Shown piece after piece: positions 29,400 to 39,435 of a stretch of DNA of 64,000 nucleotides. The position numbers and the translations under genes are program-made. This DNA comes from an uncultured Hyphomicrobiales bacterium (GTDB taxonomy: Bacteria; Pseudomonadota; Alphaproteobacteria; UBA7879), in the NCBI GenBank assembly GCA_964402405.1, contig CAYOCE010000001.1, positions 435 through 64,434 on the forward strand, read 5' to 3'. The notes below the pieces were generated by a model. The model was not told the origin of the DNA and did no database searches. It was given only the letters and a program-made list of their open reading frames with translations. Each line of letters opens with the position of its first letter. Position 1 is the first letter of the stretch.

Positions 29400-30476
29400 T
29401 TATTTTTCCATAAATTCCATAATTTGTTTGCGCGTTATTTGAACGGCTTCTTCATCTTGCTGAATGCGCTGATACCATTCACCCGTTTTCATAACAGCTT
29501 CATTAAAGGGAAGTTTTGGTCCCCATTTCAACAGTGTCTGGGCTTTATCAATGGAGAGGTGAAGCAAGTTGGATTCATAGGGTTGATTAGGATCTGATTC
29601 AATCTGAACCTTAGCATCTTTCCATAAAGATTTTAGGACGTTAGTTAGTTCCAAAACAGTTTTAATGGATTGATTTGAAGGTCCAAAGTTCCACGACTCC
29701 CCATTATATTGATTTGAATTTTTATACAGATGTGCCCCTAAGCATAAATAACCATGCAAGGGGTCTAAAACATGCTGCCATGGTCGGGTAGATTGGGGAT
29801 TTCTAAGAATAATGGGGTTTTTACTTTCGACCGCTCTAATTATATCAGGTACGATACGATCTCGGGACCGATCTCCTCCCCCTATAACATTTCCAGCCCT
29901 GGTTGAGCCACATCCAAAATTTTTTCGATCTTTAAAATAAGATAAATAATAACTCTTGAATACATGTTCGGCAGAAGCCTTGGAGGCACTATAAGGATCG
30001 GGACCGCCTAGTTCATCATTTTCCCGATAACCCCAAACCCATTCTTTATTCCAATAACACTTATCGGATGTTATATAGACCAAGGAACGTACAGAAGGAC
30101 ACTCTCGAATAGATTCTAATATGTTTACCGACCCCATAACGTTTGTACTAAAGGTCAGCCGGGGATCTTGGTATGAGCGTCTTACGAGGGCCTGAGCAGC
30201 AAGATGAAAAACAAATTCAGCCTTAGATTTTATCAATGATTCTTTTAGGTTTTCATAATCTCTGATATCACCCACGATATGAGTTATACGTTCAGATAAC
30301 CTGAGTTTATCAAACAGAGAATCTTCATACTCCGGAGCAAGAGCATAACCTGTAACCTCTGCACCAAGTTCGTTCAACCAAAAGGCAAGCCAGGCTCCTT
30401 TAAAGCCTGTATGTCCTGTAATAAAAACTTTTTTTCCTTTATAAAACTCTGTAAGGTTCATTTCCATGTTTTCCAA
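29400..30476 (-). CDS. rfbG: CDP-glucose 4,6-dehydratase
   Basis: VFITGHTGFKGAWLAFWLNELGAEVTGYAL N-terminal signature, with an adjacent cytidylyltransferase. Confidence 0.8.
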   Translation of the reverse strand: MENMEMNLTEFYKGKKVFITGHTGFKGAWLAFWLNELGAEVTGYALAPEYEDSLFDKLRLSERITHIVGDIRDYENLKESLIKSKAEFVFHLAAQALVRRSYQDPRLTFSTNVMGSVNILESIRECPSVRSLVYITSDKCYWNKEWVWGYRENDELGGPDPYSASKASAEHVFKSYYLSYFKDRKNFGCGSTRAGNVIGGGDRSRDRIVPDIIRAVESKNPIILRNPQSTRPWQHVLDPLHGYLCLGAHLYKNSNQYNGESWNFGPSNQSIKTVLELTNVLKSLWKDAKVQIESDPNQPYESNLLHLSIDKAQTLLKWGPKLPFNEAVMKTGEWYQRIQQDEEAVQITRKQIMEFMEK

Positions 30477-31237
30477 GGTGCTTTATTCTGCTCCCACAAC
30501 TGATTTAAAAGTTGATATTCTCGTGATGTATCCATTGGATGCCAAAAGTCTTGATGCTTATAGACCATCAACTGACCGTCTTTGACGATATTTGTAATCG
30601 GTTCTTTTTCAAAAATTAAATCTTCATTCGGGGTAAGATAATCCAAAACTTTACGATTGCACACAAAAAAGCCCGCTGAAATCCAACCTTCTGTTACCTG
30701 AGGTTTTTCATTAAATCCAACAACCTGATTCCCATCCAATTCTAATTCTCCAAATCTTCCTGGAGGATGGGCTGCTGTTATGGTCATCAATTTGCCATGT
30801 GATTTATGAAACTCTACAAGCTGTTTTATGTCAACGTTTGAAACACCATCTCCATATGTTAACATGAAAAGATCGTCATTTTGAACATATTGCTTGATCC
30901 TAAAAACCCTAGCACCTGTTAAAGAATTCAGACCTGTTTCTGCAAATGTAATTTTCCAATCATCAATCACACGATGAGAATGATCTTCGATTGATTTATT
31001 TTTTAAATCTAAGGTAAAATCATTTTGACGTTTCTGATAATTTAAAAAATAATCTTTAATGAGGTCGCTTTTATAGCCCAAACACAAAACAAATTCTTTA
31101 AACCCATAATGCGAGTATTGCTTCATAATGTGCCAGAGAATGGGATAATTTCCAATAGGAATCATCGGTTTTGGTAGGTCACTCGTCACATCACGAATCC
31201 GGGTTCCATACCCACCTGCAAGAATTACTGTTTTCAC
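30458..31237 (-). CDS. rfbF: Glucose-1-phosphate cytidylyltransferase
   Basis: MKTVILAGGYGTRIRDVTSDLPKPMIPIG...EKP nucleotidyltransferase signature. Confidence 0.85.
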   Translation of the reverse strand: MKTVILAGGYGTRIRDVTSDLPKPMIPIGNYPILWHIMKQYSHYGFKEFVLCLGYKSDLIKDYFLNYQKRQNDFTLDLKNKSIEDHSHRVIDDWKITFAETGLNSLTGARVFRIKQYVQNDDLFMLTYGDGVSNVDIKQLVEFHKSHGKLMTITAAHPPGRFGELELDGNQVVGFNEKPQVTEGWISAGFFVCNRKVLDYLTPNEDLIFEKEPITNIVKDGQLMVYKHQDFWHPMDTSREYQLLNQLWEQNKAPWKTWK

Positions 31238-31242
31238 TTTAT

Positions 31243-32205
31243 CTACCGTTTTTTAATTTTAATTAAAATCTGATTGCCATAATTGTATTTCTCAATCATC
31301 TCTTGATACTTCATCTCAAAATCATTAAGGAGACTAGAAATGCTTTCCCCTAACTTACTGTTAGTTGTATAGAGGGATTTCTGAATGTTTTCTAACAATT
31401 GGTCCCCCCCCACCAAAACATTATTGTTAATAGGTCTGTTATTAAAATACCAATGCAGGTGATTATAAATACTATATCCTTGCTTCGTCTCAGCTACCCC
31501 GGAGATATTAAGCATATTGTTCTTAAGCCGTGCAAACAAACTTTTAATAGCATTTAATGAGTAGTAAGCTACAGCACATTCATCATAAAAAAAGCTTTTG
31601 TAGCCTTCATTGCACCAAACATCTTTTAAAACATCATCAAGATTAGGCGTAATAAAAATTATTTCTCCGTTTGTCTCTAACATAGAAATCAGAGATTCAA
31701 AATATTTTATTGGGTTTTGTATGTACTCAAGACAGTAAAATGAAAATATTTTTTTAAATTTTATATTTTCTGAAAGATATTTATCTAAGCTTTCAACGCA
31801 CGGAATATTCAAATTTGATTGAACAAATTGCGCTCGAACAGGATTAATTTCTAATCCATATGGTACACAACCATTTTCTTGTAAGGCCTTTAAAAAATAC
31901 CCCCAAGAACACCCGATTTCTAGAACATTTTCCCCCATATCGTCTGATGAGATGTATTCTTTAATATAACCTTGAGATTGGTTGTACCCATTTTGAAAAT
32001 CCTTTTCTTGCTTTGGGATATCTAAGCCAGCTGATTCAAGACGAGTTTTATCTAGTTGATTGGTAGAAAGCAGAGAAATATTTTCGTGGTCGAAAAATTC
32101 AAAATGACAGTGTTCACAATAATTTATAACTGCTTGCTTTTTTGATCGCAACTGAACAGATTTTTGTTGTGTTTCACCACTACATAACCAACATTTTATA
32201 CTCAT
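31243..32205 (-). CDS. Class I SAM-dependent methyltransferase with an N-terminal Cys4 zinc-ribbon (sugar C- or O-methyltransferase candidate)
   Basis: CWLC...CEHCHF ribbon and motif I VLEIGCSWGYFL. Confidence 0.5.
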   Translation of the reverse strand: MSIKCWLCSGETQQKSVQLRSKKQAVINYCEHCHFEFFDHENISLLSTNQLDKTRLESAGLDIPKQEKDFQNGYNQSQGYIKEYISSDDMGENVLEIGCSWGYFLKALQENGCVPYGLEINPVRAQFVQSNLNIPCVESLDKYLSENIKFKKIFSFYCLEYIQNPIKYFESLISMLETNGEIIFITPNLDDVLKDVWCNEGYKSFFYDECAVAYYSLNAIKSLFARLKNNMLNISGVAETKQGYSIYNHLHWYFNNRPINNNVLVGGDQLLENIQKSLYTTNSKLGESISSLLNDFEMKYQEMIEKYNYGNQILIKIKKR

Positions 32206-33140
32206 ACTTTGTCCTCAACAATTTGATCTGCCCAATTTTTAAATTCCTGCAACCCACGAATTAAATCATATTTAGGTGAATATCCAATCACATGGGAAGC
32301 CTTAGAAATATCTGCATAACATCCCATTATATCACCTGGCGTATTCCCAATGACCTCTACTTTTACTTCTTTATTGTATATAGAAGCAATTAAATTTATT
32401 AACTCACCAATGGTGGTTTTAACACCTGACCCAATATTAAAAATTTGATTGGGGATATTCTTCTTAAGACACAATATCCAAGCATCCACAATATCATCGA
32501 TATATACAAGATCCCTGAATCTTTCTAGTTTTCCTTGAACCGGAATATAGTTTCCTTCTTTTACATAACTCAGAAAAATGCTCACAATTCCTTGATCTTT
32601 TCTGGATAAATCTTGTCCAGGCCCATACACATTAAACATCCTTAAGGCATTCCAGGAAATGCCAAGTTTCTCTGCATATATTTTTAAATAATACTCACCC
32701 GTTAGCTTTCCTAATCCATAAAGAGATTTTGGATCACATGGTAAATCCTCGCTTAACATTTCATGTTGAGCATTATCCCCGTAAACTGTGAAGGATGATG
32801 CAAATAAAATTCTGGGAACTTTCAAATGATCACATAAACGAATCATGTTTAACGTTCCTAAAATATTTACTCTAAGATCATGTTCTGGATCTTTAAAAGA
32901 GGCCACGCCAGAAGATTGTGCAGCAAGATGTAACACGGCATCAAAACCGTTACTCAGCTCAATTTTTTTTAAGGATTCAAAATCTGTTATATCTGCTTTT
33001 ACAACATGCCTATTGCTCGTATCAGTTACAATATTGGTCGAAAAATTATCCAGGATAGTCACTTCATAATTTTCTTGTTCAAGTTTTTGAACAATTCGGG
33101 ATCCAATATATCCCATTCCACCAGTTACTAAAATTTTCAT
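32202..33140 (-). CDS. NAD-dependent sugar epimerase/dehydratase (SDR)
   Basis: VTGGMGYIGSRIV and YGLGK. Confidence 0.7.
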   Translation of the reverse strand: MKILVTGGMGYIGSRIVQKLEQENYEVTILDNFSTNIVTDTSNRHVVKADITDFESLKKIELSNGFDAVLHLAAQSSGVASFKDPEHDLRVNILGTLNMIRLCDHLKVPRILFASSFTVYGDNAQHEMLSEDLPCDPKSLYGLGKLTGEYYLKIYAEKLGISWNALRMFNVYGPGQDLSRKDQGIVSIFLSYVKEGNYIPVQGKLERFRDLVYIDDIVDAWILCLKKNIPNQIFNIGSGVKTTIGELINLIASIYNKEVKVEVIGNTPGDIMGCYADISKASHVIGYSPKYDLIRGLQEFKNWADQIVEDKV

Positions 33141-34222
33141 GATATTAATCCACTGTTCTTTTGAAATTCTTTCATTTCTACCAGAAAACGATCCATTAAA
33201 TCCTTTATCCCAAGGGTAACTGTAATGTACCTATCCCACGGGGCTGACCAAGGTCCCTTTACATATATTTTTCTTTCGCGCAAAAATTCAACACATTTCT
33301 TGCAGTTTTCAGCTGTCTTCAAATCTATCAAGAGATAATTTCCTTTGTTACCATAAGAAAAAATGCCAAGTTTTTTTAACTCTTCTTTGATATAAGCTCT
33401 TGATTCATTAATTTTATCCGTATAATTTTTCACTATCTCAAAATGATCCAAGAGATATTCAGCAACTGCTGCACTAAGGGCATTTGCTTCATGGGCGAAA
33501 CGTGTTTTTGAAAGCAATTCCATGTTCTCAGTGCTTGAAACCATATATCCTAGACGAATGGACGGAACCCCAAAAGCTTTTGAGAAAGTACGCATAACAA
33601 CTACGTTTTCAAATTCATCCACCAAGGGTATTGCTGATTCTGCTCCAAAGTAGTGGTAAGCTTCATCCACCACGAATAAACACCCTACCTCTAAACATTG
33701 TCTTGCCATATGACGTAACTCCTCCAGAGAGAAACAAGACTCAATTGGCTGATTAGGATTGGGAAGAAAGAAAATCCTGGGATTGGATTTCAAAAAACTC
33801 TTAAAGCTATCTGAGTCCATACTAAAATCTGGCTTGTAATCCACATGAATCATTTTTGCTTGAAATAGCTTAGCGTATACATCGTACATGGCATAAGTAG
33901 GATAAAGAACACCAACACACTCATTGGGTTCTATAAGAACTTCAAAGAGCGTTTTGATGACGCCATCAATCCCAGAAAATACAAGAACTTGCTCTTCTTT
34001 TACACTCAAATGACTTGCCAACTTTTTATACAAACCAGACAAATCTGGATAGATGCTAAAAAAAGCTGCGGGTTTGGATTTTAGAGCTTCAAGAATAAAA
34101 TCTTTAGGCCAATTATCAACTTTCTCATTACGATCAAGCCTTAAGCCGTTGACCAAATCACGTTCTTCAGATATGCGAACTCGCTTTATATCTCGTAGAT
34201 AGCTTTTTTTAGTAAGAAACAT
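33137..34222 (-). CDS. PLP-dependent aminotransferase, class I/II (HisC-like fold)
   Basis: RTFSKAFGVPSIRLGY lysine motif, similar to histidinol-phosphate/threonine-phosphate class enzymes. Unusual inside a sugar locus. Confidence 0.55.
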   Translation of the reverse strand: MFLTKKSYLRDIKRVRISEERDLVNGLRLDRNEKVDNWPKDFILEALKSKPAAFFSIYPDLSGLYKKLASHLSVKEEQVLVFSGIDGVIKTLFEVLIEPNECVGVLYPTYAMYDVYAKLFQAKMIHVDYKPDFSMDSDSFKSFLKSNPRIFFLPNPNQPIESCFSLEELRHMARQCLEVGCLFVVDEAYHYFGAESAIPLVDEFENVVVMRTFSKAFGVPSIRLGYMVSSTENMELLSKTRFAHEANALSAAVAEYLLDHFEIVKNYTDKINESRAYIKEELKKLGIFSYGNKGNYLLIDLKTAENCKKCVEFLRERKIYVKGPWSAPWDRYITVTLGIKDLMDRFLVEMKEFQKNSGLIS

Positions 34223-34231
34223 GGAATTACC

Positions 34232-36037
34232 TCATTTAGTTAAAAGAAATTGAAACATTTTATAGTCGGGTTTTTTATAATAAGCCTCGAAAAAAGATTT
34301 AAATTTTTTACAACACTCAGTATAGTAAGTTTTGTCTTCTAGTAATTTTTCAACAACCTTACTCCCTTCTTCTATGCGACTAATTTGAAAAGATGCATCC
34401 GCCATTTTATCAACATCAATCTGTATATCAGATTTTATGAAAAGAGCAGGTATTCCTCTGGCCGCCGCACTAAAGCTAACAGAGCTTGAATTGTAAAAAA
34501 CTAAATAGCATTCGTCAATGAGGGCATCCCAATTTAAATCAGAAATTACAGAATTAATTTTTTTGTCTTTCAAAGTTTTTTCAATTATTTTTTTTGCATC
34601 TTGTGACATATAAGGGTGAAAATTAACAACCAGCGTTATATTTTTTAAAAGAGAATCAGTAAGATTTTCCATAATTTCAGAGACCTTGTTTACCAGCTCA
34701 AGGGAGTCATTTAGCTGAATAGAACAGCTACATAAAATTTTTCTTTTTGTTGATCTAGAAAATTTTTTAAGATGATCTGTAGCATCTTCTAAAGAAGAAA
34801 GCCTAACATTACCCAGCAATTTATAGTCTAAGAATCCTATATCCTTCAATCTTTTTCCAAATATTTCATCACTTAATAGTATGGTAGGGCTAATTTTTTT
34901 ACTAATGTAGGCTTGGGATGGGTAACATGTTAAATAATCCTGTGCCACAGGAAAATGTTGATAAGCAAAAACCTTACCTTTGGGAAACTGCGTACGAAAA
35001 GAAAGACTTAAGAGTTTTTCCCAAGGTTGATTTTCATAGGGGTATACTAATGTAATGCTAGACTCTTCAATTTCTCTGAAAATATTTTGAGAAGCATAAT
35101 AGGTTTCAAGTGCCAATGACATCCTATAATTTAAGGCATCCTTAAGGCAAAACCACTTCCACAAACTTGAAAAATTTATATCGTCAATCTTAAAGCGGTG
35201 ATTGAAATACCTCAGGAAGCGAAAGGATACGACAAAAGAATAAAGCACTTCCCTAATTTTAACAAAATCTTGGATAAATAAAGAACTTTTATTTTCTTTT
35301 AAAGAATTTTTTATAATTTTATAAAAAGGAAAATTAAAATCTAAGGGTTTCCCTATCACTGCCAAGTCAATATTTGATTTTTTTAGATGAGAAAGAAAAT
35401 CTCCAAAATATCTATCTTTGAAGAATAAATTTTCAGGATTAAATGATTCTAATCCAATCCAATTTACACATAAAACCTTAGATTTTTTAACAATAGATAA
35501 ATCAATGGGTGTCTTATGATAGATTCTTAAAAATTTTAAAATTAAAATTTTCCAAAAAGCTTTAGAAACTTCTCGCATTTTCCTCCATAAAAATCCCAAC
35601 ATTCTTTTAAGGAGGAAAAAATAATTAATCCTGCTACTTACTTCAAATCCATTATTTTTTAAAATTTTAGAATAAATAAAAACCTGTTCATCATCATCAC
35701 AGATAAAAACTACATCTTTATATTTTGGAAGAACCTCCTTGATAATTGCAAGTGAGTTTAAAATGTATAAGGAAAAATTTTCAAGGCAAAGATTATTTTC
35801 AGCAAGATCGCTGGCGAGCCATAAAGAATCTGAAACATCTGGAATGTTTTTATCTAGATTGATAAGAGTGTTTTTATATTCTAATAATATCTTTTTTCTG
35901 TGAACAGATAGATCCTTGACTGGGACTTTTTTCTTTTTGAGATAGAGAAAATTTTTAATTTTTACGCCTAAAAAATAAACATGCGTATGTCTTTCATAAG
36001 TAAAATTTCCTTTTTTTGTTGAAATAACCAGTGTCAT
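34232..36037 (-). CDS. Large GT-B-like 'HP-motif' protein, paralog 1 (KpsS/KpsC/TagF-like capsule glycosyltransferase candidate)
   Basis: C-terminal VVNFHPYMS ... LIDECYLVFYNSSSVSFSAAARGIPAL pattern, shared with 42876-44717 and 52989-54155. Confidence 0.35.
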   Translation of the reverse strand: MTLVISTKKGNFTYERHTHVYFLGVKIKNFLYLKKKKVPVKDLSVHRKKILLEYKNTLINLDKNIPDVSDSLWLASDLAENNLCLENFSLYILNSLAIIKEVLPKYKDVVFICDDDEQVFIYSKILKNNGFEVSSRINYFFLLKRMLGFLWRKMREVSKAFWKILILKFLRIYHKTPIDLSIVKKSKVLCVNWIGLESFNPENLFFKDRYFGDFLSHLKKSNIDLAVIGKPLDFNFPFYKIIKNSLKENKSSLFIQDFVKIREVLYSFVVSFRFLRYFNHRFKIDDINFSSLWKWFCLKDALNYRMSLALETYYASQNIFREIEESSITLVYPYENQPWEKLLSLSFRTQFPKGKVFAYQHFPVAQDYLTCYPSQAYISKKISPTILLSDEIFGKRLKDIGFLDYKLLGNVRLSSLEDATDHLKKFSRSTKRKILCSCSIQLNDSLELVNKVSEIMENLTDSLLKNITLVVNFHPYMSQDAKKIIEKTLKDKKINSVISDLNWDALIDECYLVFYNSSSVSFSAAARGIPALFIKSDIQIDVDKMADASFQISRIEEGSKVVEKLLEDKTYYTECCKKFKSFFEAYYKKPDYKMFQFLLTK

Positions 36038-36101
36038 TTTATTAATTTATTTTTCAGAAAAAAATAAATGGTTGCTTAAATTGCATCTATAATTAGAGTT
36101 T

Positions 36102-36917
36102 TCATTTTTTAATCAGAGCTCCTCCAAAAGGTAAATACATGAAAAAGCTTGGGTTTTCTTTTTCAATAAAATCATCAGTAGCTTTTTTAGCACCAGGAAA
36201 TTGACTTATTCCATAATCATCCAAACATATTATTCCTCCGTCAACTAATCTGGGATAAAAAAATTCTAGTGAATTTTTGATTGGCTGGTATAAGTCAACG
36301 TCAATATGAACAAAAATAAATTTTTCTTTCTCTATCTCATGAAATTTTGTTGGAATCCATCCTTTATAATACTCTATAAATTTAAACTCTTTTAGATTTT
36401 TTTTAACTAAATCTAAGCCTGCAGAAAATTGTTTTTTTAAATTTTTTACTTCTTCTTCAGAAATTTTTTTAATTTCATTCTGGTCTTCCAAATCAATATT
36501 TGATAAACCTTCAAATGAATCAAATACAAAAAATTTATTTTTGAAATTATTTTCCTTTAAAATAGTTGCCAATCCATAAGTAGATTGTCCTTTAAAGCAC
36601 CCACACTCTACAACATGGCCATTGGTATGATTTTGCAGCGTACTTCTCAATAGCTGGAATAATATATAATGCCTTAAGCGCTTTGAAAGATTATCATCAT
36701 TCTGCTGACTAGTTGCCTTAATAGATTTTTCATATAACCTGACTTCGGGAGAGTTTTTATTATAAAAACTGAAAAGAGAAAAATCAAAAATATCTATATG
36801 GTTTGGTTTTGATTTTTTAATATTTTTCAAACTCATATGATAATTAAGAGATTTTTTATGAAATAAAATATAAACAATATCGCTTAGTAGGTCTGCAATT
36901 TTGGATTTTAAAGTCAT
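36102..36917 (-). CDS. TylF/MycF-like SAM-dependent O-methyltransferase
   Basis: GHVVECGCFKGQSTYGLA...FVFDSFEGL. Confidence 0.45.
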   Translation of the reverse strand: MTLKSKIADLLSDIVYILFHKKSLNYHMSLKNIKKSKPNHIDIFDFSLFSFYNKNSPEVRLYEKSIKATSQQNDDNLSKRLRHYILFQLLRSTLQNHTNGHVVECGCFKGQSTYGLATILKENNFKNKFFVFDSFEGLSNIDLEDQNEIKKISEEEVKNLKKQFSAGLDLVKKNLKEFKFIEYYKGWIPTKFHEIEKEKFIFVHIDVDLYQPIKNSLEFFYPRLVDGGIICLDDYGISQFPGAKKATDDFIEKENPSFFMYLPFGGALIKK

Positions 36918-36963
36918 TTTTGTTCTTTCCTATTAAAAATGTATATTTTGAAATGTGGTTATT

Positions 36964-38181
36964 TTAAATTTTTACTTTATTTTTGATAACAGCGTAAAAA
37001 AGATCTGCCATAATTTCCATTCCTTTTTCATTTAAATGAACCTCGTCTATAAAATTTGATTTATTATGAGAGAGCAGTTTTGGCACTTCAATAATTGATA
37101 TAGAGTGCTTAGAAGCTAGTTCTCTTATAATATTATTTTCCTTTTGAACTAAATCATGAAATTTAATATGGATAGGGCTATTTTTGATTTCGTCATAAAG
37201 ATAGTAGCAATAAGTTGATAAAATCAATTGGATTTTTTTCCCTTGGCAGACATAAATTAATGTTTCTAAGTTACGCCTGAATGTGTCTAGTCCCTCAGGG
37301 TTTTTTTCCCTATTTATTTTATCATTCTTATTGATATTACGTATAAAATCTTCTTTAATGTTAAAATAACTTAGATATTCGCCAACAAGATATCTTAAAA
37401 CCCATAGCCCAAAAGTAGGTATAAAGCTAGCAACTTTCACTTTTTTGGGATAAGTAGAGGGGATGGTTTTGCGAAAATGAGAAAAATCTCTTTCAAACCC
37501 ATCTGTAAGATATCCCCTTACATTAACAAAGGCATGATAAAGAATAATCATATCCGGTTCTGTATCAATAGTATCAATAAGAAATTTTATTAAAATTTCA
37601 TTTGTGTTATAAGCTCCCTGAGCACAATTATTTACTTCAATTTTTTTATTTATCTTTTTGAGCTTTGATTCAAGTATTAAAGGCCAGCTAATAAAATGAT
37701 TTTCGTTTATTTTTACATAATTACTAGTAGCAGAGTCCCCTAAACAGATAATTCTAAATACATCAGAAGGCTTAGGAATTTTTACTTCCCTACTACCATC
37801 TGGGCCATTTATCTGCCTTAAATTGTTTGTTTTTAGTCCCCCATTCATAAACCCAGCTGCCTCTTCGCTGCATATCTTTTTATTTGAAGGTGGAATATAG
37901 TTTTTTTTGTATACCCACGGTAGATATGGGTGACTTTCGAAGGGAAGATCCTCCTCCTTTAAGGGAAATTTTTTAGGAAGATCCTTCCCATGCCATTTTC
38001 TATAAATATATCTAAAGGAAATTTCATATAATATGAAAAAAGAGAGCATTATAATAATACTAAAAAAAGAAAAATAATTCATATATAAGAAAAAAATTCC
38101 TACTAAGAAAAAACTTATAAAATAAAAAAGATATTTTCTTTTTTCTGGCTTAACTAAAAAATGTACTGTTTTTTTTATCAT
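36964..38181 (-). CDS. SGNH/GDSL-family hydrolase with N-terminal TM segments
   Basis: ICLGDSATSNY GDS(x) block after two hydrophobic helices. Confidence 0.4.
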   Translation of the reverse strand: MIKKTVHFLVKPEKRKYLFYFISFFLVGIFFLYMNYFSFFSIIIMLSFFILYEISFRYIYRKWHGKDLPKKFPLKEEDLPFESHPYLPWVYKKNYIPPSNKKICSEEAAGFMNGGLKTNNLRQINGPDGSREVKIPKPSDVFRIICLGDSATSNYVKINENHFISWPLILESKLKKINKKIEVNNCAQGAYNTNEILIKFLIDTIDTEPDMIILYHAFVNVRGYLTDGFERDFSHFRKTIPSTYPKKVKVASFIPTFGLWVLRYLVGEYLSYFNIKEDFIRNINKNDKINREKNPEGLDTFRRNLETLIYVCQGKKIQLILSTYCYYLYDEIKNSPIHIKFHDLVQKENNIIRELASKHSISIIEVPKLLSHNKSNFIDEVHLNEKGMEIMADLFYAVIKNKVKI

Positions 38182-38182
38182 T

Positions 38183-38788
38183 TCAATATCTAATCCAAAT
38201 TGATTTTTTATAAACAGACCTTAAAGGGGATAAAAATAAATTTTCTGTATCAATAAATTTATTTTTTTCCTCTCCAACAACTAACATGTATATTTTTGAA
38301 GCCTGCAGAAGTGTTCCTTCTGTTAAGCTTATCCTATTAGGATTTTGCTTCTTTGTTTTAAAAATTTCGGTTCTCTTATTTTTCCAATCTTGGGCCTCTT
38401 CAGGAAACAAGGACGCCACATGCCCATCTTTACCCATACTTAGGATTGTTATTGTTGGAAATCCTTGCATTTGCGCAAGAAGCTCTTCATTTAAGGAGCA
38501 ATAATTGTAGTTAGGTAGAAAATCTAAGAAATACTGTTTCAATTGTCTTTCATTGCTCATCTCATGGTCCGAAGATACACAACGCTCATCAGTTAGTCCA
38601 ATCGTAATTTTGTCCCAAGGGGCATTTATTGATATAAGATAAGGAAAAAACAGTTTAATGCTATTTCCCCCAGGTAGAATTAAAACAGCATGACCAGAGG
38701 TTTTGATGCACTGAATCAAATCTTTTTCAATCTCTTGTTTTAGAAACTCTCCCGCTTCTTGGACAGTTTGAAATCTGTAATCTTCCAT
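38183..38788 (-). CDS. 6-phosphogluconolactonase / NagB-family sugar-phosphate isomerase-like
   Basis: LILPGGNS...TDERCV...MGKDGHVASLFP motifs. Confidence 0.55.
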   Translation of the reverse strand: MEDYRFQTVQEAGEFLKQEIEKDLIQCIKTSGHAVLILPGGNSIKLFFPYLISINAPWDKITIGLTDERCVSSDHEMSNERQLKQYFLDFLPNYNYCSLNEELLAQMQGFPTITILSMGKDGHVASLFPEEAQDWKNKRTEIFKTKKQNPNRISLTEGTLLQASKIYMLVVGEEKNKFIDTENLFLSPLRSVYKKSIWIRY

Positions 38789-39435
38789 TAGTTTAAATCT
38801 TTAAAGCTCTCTATTATAGGGATAGACAAATCAAAAGGACTTACTTCTCCTTTAGGAACTCGTCCAATAAATAATACATTCATCGCCGTGGCAGCCTTAA
38901 AATCACTTACACTATCACCTACAAAAATTGCCTCTTCTCTGCCCAAATTACACTCTCGCATAATATTCTTACCCACTACACTTTTTTCATGGGGAGAGCC
39001 ATATATGCCCTGAAAACTATTTAATAAGTTTCTTTTGTCGCAAATGGTAAGGAGCTCTTCCTGAGGGGTTGCTGATAGTAAAAAAACAGGAATCTTATCA
39101 GCTGTCATTTTCCTCAAAAAGCTATTAACTCCTTCAACAAAAGGGCAACCCAGAATTTTTTGAAAAACGATGTCCGAAAATTTCTTTGATAGCTCTAATT
39201 TTTCGCTATCTTGACATTCTCTATTCAAAAAAAGCTTGTGTATGGCTTCGAACTTTTTAGCCCGATTAACTCCTTGGTATCTAATGTGGTATTCTCTCGC
39301 CTTTTCTGCAATCTCGGAACTATAGGGCAAGTATAGGTCATAGAACGCCTGAGTTTTAATATCTGCCGATTCTAAGACCACTCCATCAAAATCTAAAAAA
39401 ACACTTTTAAGGTTTTTGGGGAGTATATTTTTCAT
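38788..39435 (-). CDS. HAD-superfamily phosphatase
   Basis: Motif I FLDFDGVV and GDSVSD. Confidence 0.7.
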   Translation of the reverse strand: MKNILPKNLKSVFLDFDGVVLESADIKTQAFYDLYLPYSSEIAEKAREYHIRYQGVNRAKKFEAIHKLFLNRECQDSEKLELSKKFSDIVFQKILGCPFVEGVNSFLRKMTADKIPVFLLSATPQEELLTICDKRNLLNSFQGIYGSPHEKSVVGKNIMRECNLGREEAIFVGDSVSDFKAATAMNVLFIGRVPKGEVSPFDLSIPIIESFKDLN

